NCBI GenBank assembly: GCA_036503495.1
Contig: DASXWV010000101.1
Span: forward strand, 2,023 to 66,022
Length of the DNA: 64,000 nucleotides
From: Gaiellaceae bacterium
GTDB taxonomy: Bacteria > Actinomycetota > Thermoleophilia > Gaiellales > Gaiellaceae
Direction of reading: 5' to 3'
In this document: piece by piece, positions 17,293 through 26,070 of the stretch
Layout of the letters: each line of letters opens with the position of its first letter
Numbering within the stretch: position 1 is the first letter of the stretch
Program-made: the position numbers and the translations under genes
Notes under the pieces: model-generated
What the model saw: only the letters and a program-made list of their open reading frames with translations
The model's database searches: none
What the model was told of the DNA's origin: nothing

Positions 17293-18363
17293 TCACGTCA
17301 TCGGCACCTGCGGCAGCAGCCGCGGCTCGATCCGGTCGAGAATCTCCATCAGGCTCCGGCCGGTGGCGGTGATGCCGTGGTTGCGCAGGCCGACGACCGC
17401 CTCTCCCGGTACCGGGGCGGACGCAACGAGGCCGGCGACGCTCGCCGCCAGCTCTGCCGTCCCGCAGGGATAGTTGATCTCGGTCGCGGCGATCCCGTCA
17501 ATCCACGCGTGCACGTGCAGGATCGCGCCGACCTCCGGGTTCTCGCGGTAGATCATCCAGTGTTCGATCGCATCGACGGAAACGCGTCGCGGCGTCACGT
17601 GCGGCGGAACGCTCAGCACCATCCGGCCGGCGTCCTCGTCGAACCCCGAGACGAGCAGGATGTCGCCTCCCGGTTCGGCGAGCTTCGCCTTGTCGACGCC
17701 GCTCGCGCTCATCCAGAACCGTGTCGCGTCCCTGCGCGCCGAGAGGTTGCCGTACGAGAGGCCCCCGATCGCGTACAGCCGCTTGATGTGACGGAGGTCG
17801 CGCTCGCCGACGAGCTCCTCCACCGGAAACGGCGCGGGCAGCAGGCCGAGCCGCTCGAGACGGCGGCCCGCCGCCGCGATCTCGGCCGTGCGCTCGTCGC
17901 CGGGCCAGAGCTCCGGCTCGAGATCGGTGCGGAACTCGTTCTCGATCACGAGCCGCGCCGTCGCGAGCGGTTCGAGCCGCGCGACGACCGCGCTCGCCAG
18001 GTCTTCCCCTTCGGGGACGAGGTAGTGCCCGCGCTCCATCGTCGTGAAGAGGACTCCGTGGTCCGGGACGTAGCAGAGGCTGATGTTCGCGAGGGCGCGG
18101 ACGAGCATCGGATATGTGTCGCGCAGCCCGTCGTCCGGCACACTCGCCGCCGTCCAGAGCGCGGCGACGAACGTGCCCTTCGACCGGCGGCGGAAGGGCC
18201 GTGGGCGCTCGGCGTCGACGACGTTCAGGACGACGTTCGCGTCTGCGGCATCGGCGGTCTCGACGAAGCCGGCGGCCGCGGCTGCGGGTTGCAGCTGCGC
18301 GACGAGGTCCGCGAGCGCGCGTCCGCTCGCCCGGCCGACGACGGCGAGGCTGGGTCCGGTCAC
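17293..18363 (-). CDS. Class II aldolase/adducin-domain protein with an N-terminal extension
   Basis: 356-aa ORF. The C-terminal half carries 'ILHVHAW', 'LRNHGITATG' and other class II aldolase/adducin-like motifs. Confidence 0.8.
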   Translation of the reverse strand: MTGPSLAVVGRASGRALADLVAQLQPAAAAAGFVETADAADANVVLNVVDAERPRPFRRRSKGTFVAALWTAASVPDDGLRDTYPMLVRALANISLCYVPDHGVLFTTMERGHYLVPEGEDLASAVVARLEPLATARLVIENEFRTDLEPELWPGDERTAEIAAAGRRLERLGLLPAPFPVEELVGERDLRHIKRLYAIGGLSYGNLSARRDATRFWMSASGVDKAKLAEPGGDILLVSGFDEDAGRMVLSVPPHVTPRRVSVDAIEHWMIYRENPEVGAILHVHAWIDGIAATEINYPCGTAELAASVAGLVASAPVPGEAVVGLRNHGITATGRSLMEILDRIEPRLLPQVPMT

Positions 18364-18416
18364 CGTCCTCCACCCTCCGGGATCGAGGGCGGCGGCACCT
18401 GATCAGAATTGATCCC

Positions 18417-18512
18417 CTAGACGCCCTTCAGCAACGCCCGCGCAAAGCCCAGGATGACGACGATCGCGATCGCCGCGACGAGGATTGCCGCAGAAGAGCT
18501 GATGTCCAGCAT
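18417..18512 (-). CDS. 31-aa single-TM small protein
   Basis: 'MLDISSSAAILVAAIAIVVILGFARALLKGV'. The ATG is preceded by a GGAG Shine-Dalgarno at 6-nt spacing. The rest of the 137-aa track ORF is shadow sequence. Confidence 0.4.
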   Translation of the reverse strand: MLDISSSAAILVAAIAIVVILGFARALLKGV

Positions 18513-18591
18513 GGATCGCTCCTCTACTCGAAGGTCTGCGAAGTGTGGCAAGCCGCAGAGCCTGCCGCCTAGTCCCCGAAATGGTGATCCG

Positions 18592-18855
18592 CTACGAGAG
18601 GGGAACGCCCGGCAGGAGCGGCACCGCGTCGGCCTCGCGACGCATCGGCAGCATCGCCGGGTCGATGTCGCGGAGCAGCGCCTCGCTCGGCTCCCACGCG
18701 TCCTCTGCCCACGACTCGCCGCCGCACATCGGGCAGCGCGCGGGCTCGGTGCGCCGCGAGGCGCCGTAGCCGCAGCTCTCGCAGTGGAACCGCCGCAGCG
18801 GCAGCCCGGTTCGGCTCGGCGGCGTTGCAAACCAGTTGTCGTACGGCTGCGGCAT
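18592..18855 (-). CDS. Rubredoxin-like zinc-ribbon protein (87 aa)
   Basis: The internal ATG at 18855 is preceded by GAGG. Two CxxC pairs: 'HCESCGY...ARCPMCGG'. Confidence 0.6.
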   Translation of the reverse strand: MPQPYDNWFATPPSRTGLPLRRFHCESCGYGASRRTEPARCPMCGGESWAEDAWEPSEALLRDIDPAMLPMRREADAVPLLPGVPLS

Positions 18856-18924
18856 GGTGACCTCTAGACGAAGGTCGTACCGGGAATCTTCCCTCACCTA
18901 CCCGTCCGAAGCAAGGACCAGTCG

Positions 18925-19893
18925 CTACGTGAGCGGATCCGAAGGAAGGGGGTGCAGCCGCTCCTCCTGGCTCGCTTCGCCGGCGCCGCGGAGGACGAGC
19001 GCCCCCACGAGCAGCAGGAGCACCTCGACGACCGTGATCGCCACCCGGTTGAGGACGGTGGCGCTCAGCGCCTGGCCGTGGGTGGCGACGGCGAGCAGCA
19101 GGCCGTACATCGACGCCTCCCGCGGCCCGAGCCCCGAGGGCGCGAAGAACGAGACGACCGCGACGATCGCGCCGACCGCCCCGACGCCTCCCAGGAAGAC
19201 GACGTCGCCGACCTCCGGATGGGCGCCGACCGAGCGCAGGAGGAACCAGAGCGCGATACCGCCGACGACCCAGGTCACCGAGTAGAAGACGAGGAGCAGC
19301 GCCATCGACAGCGCGCGCAGGGGCGGCATCTCTCCCTGCCCGAAGCGGCGCAGGACACGCGACGCGAGCGGGCAGAACACGCGCGGGTGCAGGAGGACGA
19401 CGATCGCCGCCGCGAAGACGATCAGCGGCCAGAGCGGCGCGTCGACGCCGTCGACCCACGTCAGCGAGACGACGAAGACGATGACGCCGGCGACCGCCGA
19501 GATGCCCGCCTCGATCAACATCGAGATCGTCACGAGCGCGCCGTCGGTGATGCCCGCCCGGCGGGCTGCGACCACGCGCGCGGCCGGCGTCCAGACGCCG
19601 CCGGGAACGTACTTCGCGAGCATCGAGACCATCTCCGCCCGCAGCGCCGCCGGATACGAGATCCGGTGCCCCCAGTCGGCGAGGATCCGCATCCAGCCGA
19701 GGACGAAGAGGAGGTAGTAGGCGGCGAGGAACGAGCAGCCGACGACGAAGTCGACGACGTCCATTCTCCGCAGGTCGTCGCCGGCAGCGTCGAAGGAACC
19801 GCGCATCGCCCAGCCGACGGCGCCGAAGAACACCGCGAGGACGGCGAGCTGCAGGCCGACGAAGAGCCGCGGGTGCCGTTTGAGGAATCCCAC
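18925..19893 (-). CDS. Lysylphosphatidylglycerol-synthase-TM-region (UPF0104, flippase-like) membrane protein
   Basis: C-terminal 322 codons of the 669-aa track ORF. GTG start at 19893 (VGFLKRHPRLFVGLQLAVLAVFF). Eight or more TM helices and 'KYVPGGVW', typical of this family. Confidence 0.8.
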   Translation of the reverse strand: MGFLKRHPRLFVGLQLAVLAVFFGAVGWAMRGSFDAAGDDLRRMDVVDFVVGCSFLAAYYLLFVLGWMRILADWGHRISYPAALRAEMVSMLAKYVPGGVWTPAARVVAARRAGITDGALVTISMLIEAGISAVAGVIVFVVSLTWVDGVDAPLWPLIVFAAAIVVLLHPRVFCPLASRVLRRFGQGEMPPLRALSMALLLVFYSVTWVVGGIALWFLLRSVGAHPEVGDVVFLGGVGAVGAIVAVVSFFAPSGLGPREASMYGLLLAVATHGQALSATVLNRVAITVVEVLLLLVGALVLRGAGEASQEERLHPLPSDPLT

Positions 19894-20970
19894 CCGCCCA
19901 TCGTACGCGGGTACATTCGCGCTATCGAGCCGACGCTTCCCTACTCCTGGTACACCGACCCCGAGGTGCTCCGCCTCGAGCAGGAACGGATCTTCCGCGC
20001 CTCGTGGCAGTACGTCGGGCATCTCGGCCGGCTGCCGGAGCCGGGCACCTTCTTCACGACGCGGGCCGGCCGGACGCCGATCGTCGTCACGCGCGCCCGC
20101 GACGGCGTCGTGCGCGGCTTCCTCAACGTGTGCCGGCACCGAGGCTTCCCCGTCGCTTCCAGCCAGGGCAGGCGCGAGACGATCCAGTGCCCGTACCACG
20201 CGTGGACGTACGGCCTCGACGGCTCGCTGCGCTCTGCGCCCCGCTCCGAGGAGCTCGCCGACTTTCCGCGTGAGGAGCTCGGCCTCTGCGCGATCGCGGT
20301 CGATACGTGGGGGCCGTTCGTCTTCGCCAACACGTCGCGGCTCTGCGAGCCGCTGAGCGACGCGCTCGGCTCGATGCCGGCGCAGGTCGCCGAGCTCGGC
20401 CTCGACGTCGACTCGCTCGTCTTCTACACGCGCTGGGAGGCGGAGCTGCAGGCGAACTGGAAGGTCGTCTGCGAGAACTTCCTCGAGTGCTACCACTGCC
20501 AGGTCGCGCACCCGCAGCTCGCGGCGATGCTCGACACCTCCGCCGAGGCGTACGCGCTCTCGACCGACGGGCGCCTCTCGAGCCAGCACGGGCCGGCGCG
20601 CGAGGGCGGCGGCACGCGGATGCACCTCGAGGGCGAGCTGCCCCGCAGCCAGTTCCATTTCCTCTGGCCGAACCTCGGCGTCAACATCTTCCCCGGGAGG
20701 CCGAACATCTCGATCGGCCCGATCGTCCCCGTGGCGCCCGACCGGACGTACCGCTTCCTCGACTACTTCTTCGGCCCCGACGTCGACCAGGCGTGGATCG
20801 ACGAGCTGATGGCCTTCGACGACCAGGTCGGCCACGAGGACCGGGAGCTCGTGGAGGGCGTCCAGCGCGGCCTCGACGCCGGCGGGGTCGAGCACGGCTT
20901 CCTGATGGGCCACAGCGAGCAGCTGATCGGCCACTTCCAGAGCCTGACGCGAAGCGCGCTAGAACCCTGA
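19873..20970 (+). CDS. Rieske [2Fe-2S] aromatic-ring-hydroxylating oxygenase alpha subunit
   Basis: Rieske motif 'CRHRG...CPYHAW' and mononuclear-iron motif 'ENFLECYHC..AHP'. The conserved N-terminus 'LPYSWYTDPEV...ERIFR..W' forces the start upstream to the GTG at 19873, the only canonical in-frame start. Confidence 0.85.
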   Translation: MPFEESHPPIVRGYIRAIEPTLPYSWYTDPEVLRLEQERIFRASWQYVGHLGRLPEPGTFFTTRAGRTPIVVTRARDGVVRGFLNVCRHRGFPVASSQGRRETIQCPYHAWTYGLDGSLRSAPRSEELADFPREELGLCAIAVDTWGPFVFANTSRLCEPLSDALGSMPAQVAELGLDVDSLVFYTRWEAELQANWKVVCENFLECYHCQVAHPQLAAMLDTSAEAYALSTDGRLSSQHGPAREGGGTRMHLEGELPRSQFHFLWPNLGVNIFPGRPNISIGPIVPVAPDRTYRFLDYFFGPDVDQAWIDELMAFDDQVGHEDRELVEGVQRGLDAGGVEHGFLMGHSEQLIGHFQSLTRSALEP

Positions 20971-21025
20971 ACCGAACCGCGGTACGCTTCCTCGTCCTAG
21001 GTCCAAACGCACAGGAGGGCTCCTT

Positions 21026-21823
21026 GTGAAGCGTTTCATCCCGTTGCTCGCTGTCGCGGCGATCGTCGCCGTGCCGGCGGCGTCGGCGCGGCCGGCCGCT
21101 GTTCCGACACTCCAGTCCGGCAAGCTGATCGTGGCGTACGGCGACCCAAACCCGGGCTTCGTCAACGGCAGCGTCCGCGGCAGCAAGTTCCTCAACCCGA
21201 AGGGGTACGAGGTCGACCTCGCCAAGGCGATCGCGGCGAAGCTCAAGCTCAAGCCCGTCTGGATGTACTCGCCGTGGACCGGCCTCTTCGCGCCGGGCAC
21301 GAAGAAGTTCGACGTCTCGTTCCAGGAGGCGACGATTACAGCGCAGCGCAAGAAGACGGTTGACTTCTCGGCGACGTACATGAATGCGAACCAGGGCGTG
21401 CTGCTGTCGAAGCAGGCGCCGGTCCCGCACTCGATCGCCGACCTGCGGAAGCTGCAGACATGCGCCCAGGCCGACACGACGGGCCTGCAGTACATCCAGG
21501 ATCAGCTGAAGCCCGACAAGAAGCCGCTGATCTATCCGACGACCACGGCGCTCTACCACTCGGCGCAGCTGAACCAGTGCCAGGCCGTGATCCTCGACGT
21601 GCCGCTCGTCTCGCTCGAGGCCAAGTCCAAGCCGGGCGCGTTCGGCCCCGTCGCCGGCCAGATCGTGACCCACGAGCAGTACGGCGCCGTCATGCAGAAG
21701 GGCTCCAAGCTGACGCCGATCATCAACAGCACGATCAAGGCGCTGACGAAGAACGGCACGGTCGGGAAGCTCCAGAAGAAGTGGTTCAACATCGACTTCT
21801 CGAAGGTTCCTGTCCTGAAGTAA
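21026..21823 (+). CDS. Amino-acid ABC transporter substrate-binding protein (family 3)
   Basis: 265-aa ORF with a GTG start preceded by AGGAGGG, a signal peptide, and composition typical of an SBP_bac_3 protein. Confidence 0.9.
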   Translation: MKRFIPLLAVAAIVAVPAASARPAAVPTLQSGKLIVAYGDPNPGFVNGSVRGSKFLNPKGYEVDLAKAIAAKLKLKPVWMYSPWTGLFAPGTKKFDVSFQEATITAQRKKTVDFSATYMNANQGVLLSKQAPVPHSIADLRKLQTCAQADTTGLQYIQDQLKPDKKPLIYPTTTALYHSAQLNQCQAVILDVPLVSLEAKSKPGAFGPVAGQIVTHEQYGAVMQKGSKLTPIINSTIKALTKNGTVGKLQKKWFNIDFSKVPVLK

Positions 21824-21830
21824 CGACTCG

Positions 21831-22547
21831 ATGCACGCGCTCCACCAGGTACTGCACGCGTTCTTCAATCCGCACAGCTACACGCTGGCAATGCCGGATG
21901 TGTGGTCGGGCTTCCAGCTGAACCTGCGGATGATGGCGATCGCGGAAGTGCTCGTCCTGGCGCTTGCGCTCGGCATCGCAATCGTCCGTGGTCTGCCGGG
22001 GCCCGCAGCGAGACCGCTGCGGGCCCTGGCGATCGCGTATGCCGACTTCTTCCGCGGGACGCCGATCATCATCGTCGCGTTCCTCGTCGGCTTCGGGCTG
22101 CCGGGCTTGCAGCTCGGCTACATCTCCAACCGCTCGGTGACGACGTACGGGGTGATCGCCCTGACGCTCGTCTACACCGCGTACGTCACCGAGGTCTACC
22201 GAGCCGGCATCGAGTCGGTGCATCCGTCGCAGCGCGCCGCGGCGCGCTCGCTCGGGCTCTCGTACATGCAGGCGATGCGCTACGTCGTCGTGCCGCAGGC
22301 GGTGCGGCGCGTCATCCCGCCCCTCCTCAACGACTTCATCGGCCTGCAGAAGGACACGGCGATCGTCAGCGTCATCGGCGTCGCCGAGGCCGCGCAGAGC
22401 GCGGGCCAGTTCTCGAACCGCAACGGGGATTTCCCCTCGTACGTCGTCGCGGCGGTCTTCTTCATCCTCATCACCATCCCGCTCGCCCGCTTCACCGACC
22501 ACCTCGTGGCCAAGCGCGAGCGCCTCGAGCGCGCGCAGGCGTTTTGA
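21831..22547 (+). CDS. Amino-acid ABC transporter permease
   Basis: 238-aa ORF with the HisM/GlnP-type 'FFRGTPIIIVAF' motif and an EAA-like loop 'E.YRAGIESV...Q..AARSLG'. Confidence 0.9.
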   Translation: MHALHQVLHAFFNPHSYTLAMPDVWSGFQLNLRMMAIAEVLVLALALGIAIVRGLPGPAARPLRALAIAYADFFRGTPIIIVAFLVGFGLPGLQLGYISNRSVTTYGVIALTLVYTAYVTEVYRAGIESVHPSQRAAARSLGLSYMQAMRYVVVPQAVRRVIPPLLNDFIGLQKDTAIVSVIGVAEAAQSAGQFSNRNGDFPSYVVAAVFFILITIPLARFTDHLVAKRERLERAQAF

Positions 22548-23311
22548 GCGCGAACGGCAACGGCTCGGCGTTCGTCGAAATCAACGGCGTCTCGAAGTGG
22601 TTCGGGGACCTGCAGGTGCTCGACAAGGTCACGCTCGATGTGCCCGAGCACAACGTTGTCTGCCTGATCGGCGCGTCCGGCTCCGGCAAGTCGACGCTGC
22701 TGCGCTGCCTCAACCTGCTCGAGCACGTCGAGGAAGGCGAGATCGTCGTCGACGGCCAGCGGCTGACGCACGAGAAGGTCGACGTCAACGCGCTGCGCCG
22801 CAAGATCGGCATCGTCTTCCAGGCCTACAACCTCTTTCCGCACATGACGGTGCTCCAGAACGTGATGCTCGCGCCGCGCAAGGCGCTCGGCATCTCGCGC
22901 GACGAGGCGGAAGAGCGGGCGCGCCCGCTGCTGCGCCGGATCGGCCTCGAGGCGAAGGCCGGCGAGTTCCCGGATCGGCTGTCCGGCGGCCAGCAGCAGC
23001 GCGTCGCAATCGTGCGTGCGCTCGCGATGCAGCCGAAGCTGATGCTGCTCGACGAGATCACGAGCGCGCTCGACCCGCAGCTCGTCGCCGACGTGCTCCA
23101 GCTCGTGCGCGAGCTCGCCGACACGGGCATGACGATGATCCTCGCCACGCACGAGATGGGATTCGCGCGCGAGGTCGCCGACAAGGTGTGCTTCCTCGAC
23201 GCCGGCCGCATCTGCGAGGAAGGCCCGCCGCAACAGATCTTCAGCGATCCGAAGGAGCCGCGGACGAGGCAGTTCCTCGCGCGCGTCCTCGAGGCGGAGA
23301 AGCTGTCGTGA
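22544..23311 (+). CDS. Amino-acid ABC transporter ATP-binding protein
   Basis: TTG start overlaps the permease stop (TTGA). Walker A 'GASGSGKST', signature 'LSGGQQQR', Walker B 'LMLLDE', H-loop 'ATHEM'. Confidence 0.9.
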   Translation: MSANGNGSAFVEINGVSKWFGDLQVLDKVTLDVPEHNVVCLIGASGSGKSTLLRCLNLLEHVEEGEIVVDGQRLTHEKVDVNALRRKIGIVFQAYNLFPHMTVLQNVMLAPRKALGISRDEAEERARPLLRRIGLEAKAGEFPDRLSGGQQQRVAIVRALAMQPKLMLLDEITSALDPQLVADVLQLVRELADTGMTMILATHEMGFAREVADKVCFLDAGRICEEGPPQQIFSDPKEPRTRQFLARVLEAEKLS

Positions 23312-23931
23312 GGCGGATCCCGCTCCCGCCGTCCCGCGGCCGCGCGCCCTGGGCGATCGCGTCGTTCATCGGCATCCCGCTCTTCTTCTGCGCATTGATG
23401 GCATCGACGCTCGCGCAGGAAAAGCCGCGCGTCGTCCAATGGAACGGCCCGAAGCACATCATCACGATGTGGCACGAACCGTCGAGCGCGACGGAGGCGC
23501 GCATCTGGCTGTGGGCAATGCTGCCGCCCGTCCTGCTCTCGCTCGTCGGTTGGATCTGCACGCGGCTGCCTCTCGGCTGGTACATCGCCTGCGTTGCAGG
23601 CATCGCTGAGGCGATCGCAGTCGTGCACAAGCTGGACATCTGGACGCGGCACCATACGCAGCGGTTCCCGACGGGTGTCGATCTGATCCCGAACCTCCTG
23701 TCGACGAGCGCGTCGAACCAGTACAACGCGGGCGAGTGGGAGAAGATGGCCCGCGAGACGTCGATCTCACTGCAGCACTGGACGATCGGGCTCGCGCTCG
23801 CGTCGATCGTCGTGATGGCGGCGCTCTGGGTGCGCCGCCGCTACTTCTCGCGGCGGCCGTACATCCAGCCGGTGGGCGTCGGCACGCACGCGCCAGACGC
23901 GACCGAAGCCGCGTCAGTGCCGGTCGAGTAG
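23308..23931 (+). CDS. Hypothetical 4-TM membrane protein translationally coupled to the ABC operon
   Basis: GTGA overlap with the ATPase stop. 207 aa with hydrophobic helices and Trp-rich loops. GC is visibly lower than in neighbouring genes. No recognisable family. Confidence 0.6.
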   Translation: MRRIPLPPSRGRAPWAIASFIGIPLFFCALMASTLAQEKPRVVQWNGPKHIITMWHEPSSATEARIWLWAMLPPVLLSLVGWICTRLPLGWYIACVAGIAEAIAVVHKLDIWTRHHTQRFPTGVDLIPNLLSTSASNQYNAGEWEKMARETSISLQHWTIGLALASIVVMAALWVRRRYFSRRPYIQPVGVGTHAPDATEAASVPVE

Positions 23932-24348
23932 CGCGCGCGTCGTGTCGTGCGCGGCGTCGTCCTTGTCGCCGCTGTACAGCCGTTCCGCGAGATAGGCGAG
24001 AACGTCGCGCATCGAGACGATGCCGACGAGGTTCCCATCCTCGGTGACCGGCAGGTGACGGAGCTTGCGCTCGGCCATCATCTGCGAAGCCGCGAGGATG
24101 TCGTCGTCGGCGGCGATCGTCAGCGGCCGCCCGGTCATCGCGCGCCGCACGGGGATCGTCTCGAAATCGGTGCCCTCGCCGGCGAGCCGGAGCACGTCGC
24201 GCTCGGTGAACATCCCGATCGGCGCGTTGTCCTCGATCACGATCACCGAGCCGATGCCGCTCGAGAGCATGCGACGGATCGCATCCACCGCCGGCTCATC
24301 GGGCCGGGCCGTCACCAGCTTCGTTCGCATGACGCCGCCGATGTGCAT
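23914..24348 (-). CDS. CBS-pair domain protein
   Basis: 144-aa ORF with two CBS repeats ('GSVIVIEDN.PIGMFTERDVLR', 'RHLPVTEDGNLVGIVSMRDVL'). Confidence 0.85.
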   Translation of the reverse strand: MHIGGVMRTKLVTARPDEPAVDAIRRMLSSGIGSVIVIEDNAPIGMFTERDVLRLAGEGTDFETIPVRRAMTGRPLTIAADDDILAASQMMAERKLRHLPVTEDGNLVGIVSMRDVLAYLAERLYSGDKDDAAHDTTRALLDRH

Positions 24349-24374
24349 GGGGGAACCCTACAAACTCTTGCTAC

Positions 24375-24391
24375 CGTTAACCAAGTTAACG
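24375..24391. promoter_or_regulatory. Perfect inverted repeat CGTTAAC-caa-GTTAACG, candidate MarR operator
   Basis: 17-bp AT-rich palindrome in a 46-bp intergenic region, 4 nt upstream of the marR ATG. MarR dimers typically bind such palindromes overlapping their own promoter. Confidence 0.5.
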
Positions 24392-24394
24392 ATT

Positions 24395-24823
24395 ATGCCC
24401 GAGACCAGCCTCGACACCGTCCACGTCGCCGACCGTCTGCGCCCGGTCCTCCTCCAGCTCGGCCGCGAGCTGCGGCGTGAGGCGCGCGAGGTCGGCATCT
24501 CGCCGCACCAGGTCTCGCTCCTCGTGGCGATCAAGTACCGGCCGGGGGTCGGCGTCCGGGAGCTCGCTGCCCACGAGAAGATCAGCCCGCCGGCGATGTC
24601 GAACCACGTCGACCGGCTCGAGCGCGACGGACTCGTCACGAGGACGCCGAGCCCGTCCGACAAGCGGCGCGTCGGGCTGACGCTGACCGACGAGGGGCAG
24701 CGTGTCCTCCGCCGGGTCCGCTCGCGCCGCACGGCCTGGCTGGCCACCCGGCTGCGCGGGCTGACCGGCGAGCAGCTCGCGGCGATAAACGCAGCAATCG
24801 ACCCGCTCGCGGAGCTCCTATGA
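24395..24823 (+). CDS. MarR-family transcriptional regulator
   Basis: 142-aa protein from the ATG at 24395. Winged-HTH motif 'VRELAAHEKISPPAMSNHVDRLERDGLV.R..SP.DKR'. Confidence 0.85.
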   Translation: MPETSLDTVHVADRLRPVLLQLGRELRREAREVGISPHQVSLLVAIKYRPGVGVRELAAHEKISPPAMSNHVDRLERDGLVTRTPSPSDKRRVGLTLTDEGQRVLRRVRSRRTAWLATRLRGLTGEQLAAINAAIDPLAELL

Positions 24824-26070
24824 AGCGGACCTTCGAGAGTCTCCGCTACCGCAACTACCGCCTCTTCTTCGCCGGCCAGATCGTCTCGCAGACCGGCTCG
24901 TGGATGCAGCGCATCGCCATGGGGTGGTTCGTCCTGCAGATCACGCACTCGGCGTTCGACGTCGGTGTGATGGCTGCGGCCTCGTTCCTGCCGTTCACGC
25001 TCTTCGGGCTGTTCGCGGGCGTGATCGCCGACCGCGTCGACGCGCGGAAGCTCGTGATCGGGACGCAGGCGGCCCAGCTCGTGACGTCGGCGGCGCTCGC
25101 GTGGATCGCGCTCGGCGGCTTCGCCGAGCCGTGGATGCTCTATCTGATCGGCTTCGCGACCGGCTTCATCCTCGTGCTCGACGTCCCGTCGCGGCAGCAG
25201 CTGACGTACCGGATGGTCGGCCGCGAGGCGCTGCCGAACGCAATCGCGCTCAACATGAGCCTGTTCAACTCCTCGCGCATCTTCGGCCCGTCGCTGGCCG
25301 GCCCCGTCTACGCGCTCACCGGCGCAGGCTGGTGCTTCCTGATCAATGCGATCAGCTTCCTCGCCGTACTCGTCGGGCTGTTCGCGATGCGTCCGCGGGA
25401 CTTCTTCCCGCTCGAGCGGTTCGAGCGGCCGGAGATCCTCAAGGGAACGCGCGAGGGACTCGCATACGTGCTGCGCGACCGCCGCATGGCGACACTGATC
25501 GTGCTGACGTTCTTCCTCAGCACGTTCGCGTTCAACTTCAACGTGACGCTGCCGGTGCTCGCCGGCAAGACGCTGCAGCAGCCGGTGTGGGTCTACTCGA
25601 CGCTGTCGGCGCTGTTCGGCGGCGGCGCACTGGTCGGCGCACTGATGTCGGCGTCGCGCGGCCGCGCGTCGATCCGCACGATGCTGATCGGCGCGGGTGT
25701 CTTCACCGGGGCCGAGCTCCTGCTCGCACCCGTGCACGACCCATGGCTCGCCGGCGCACTCCTCTTCGTCGTCGGCGCCGGCTTCACGTCGTGGTCGGCG
25801 AACTCGAACACGTCGATGCAGCTCGCGGCGCCGGATCACCTGCGCGGCCGCATCATCGGCCTCTACTTCTACGCGTTCAACGGCACCGCGTCGGTCGCCG
25901 GCCTGTTCGTCGGCTGGCTGTGCGCACGCGGCGGCACAGAGCTCGCGTTCGCGATCGCCGGCGTCGTCGGCCTCGCCGCGACGTTCGGCGCAGCCGTGCG
26001 ACTCGTCGAGCGGCCGCGGCCGCTGCGCGGCCGCAGGCTGACCGTTCTCACCTCCCGACCGAGATCGTGA
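24820..26070 (+). CDS. MFS transporter (MFS_3 / enterobactin-exporter-like)
   Basis: 416-aa ORF with an ATGA overlap with marR. 12 TM segments and an N-terminal 'YRNYRLFFAGQ.VS..G.WM' motif. Confidence 0.9.
   Translation: MKRTFESLRYRNYRLFFAGQIVSQTGSWMQRIAMGWFVLQITHSAFDVGVMAAASFLPFTLFGLFAGVIADRVDARKLVIGTQAAQLVTSAALAWIALGGFAEPWMLYLIGFATGFILVLDVPSRQQLTYRMVGREALPNAIALNMSLFNSSRIFGPSLAGPVYALTGAGWCFLINAISFLAVLVGLFAMRPRDFFPLERFERPEILKGTREGLAYVLRDRRMATLIVLTFFLSTFAFNFNVTLPVLAGKTLQQPVWVYSTLSALFGGGALVGALMSASRGRASIRTMLIGAGVFTGAELLLAPVHDPWLAGALLFVVGAGFTSWSANSNTSMQLAAPDHLRGRIIGLYFYAFNGTASVAGLFVGWLCARGGTELAFAIAGVVGLAATFGAAVRLVERPRPLRGRRLTVLTSRPRS

Noticed and set aside
14680-17300. A direct repeat of the tRNA-Asp 3' end (attL/attR) delimiting the lower-GC islet.
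   Set aside because: I could not find a second copy of 'gttcgagtcccgtcgctccc', or a recognisable fragment of it, at the distal border. The island hypothesis therefore rests only on composition, gene content and the fadD scar.
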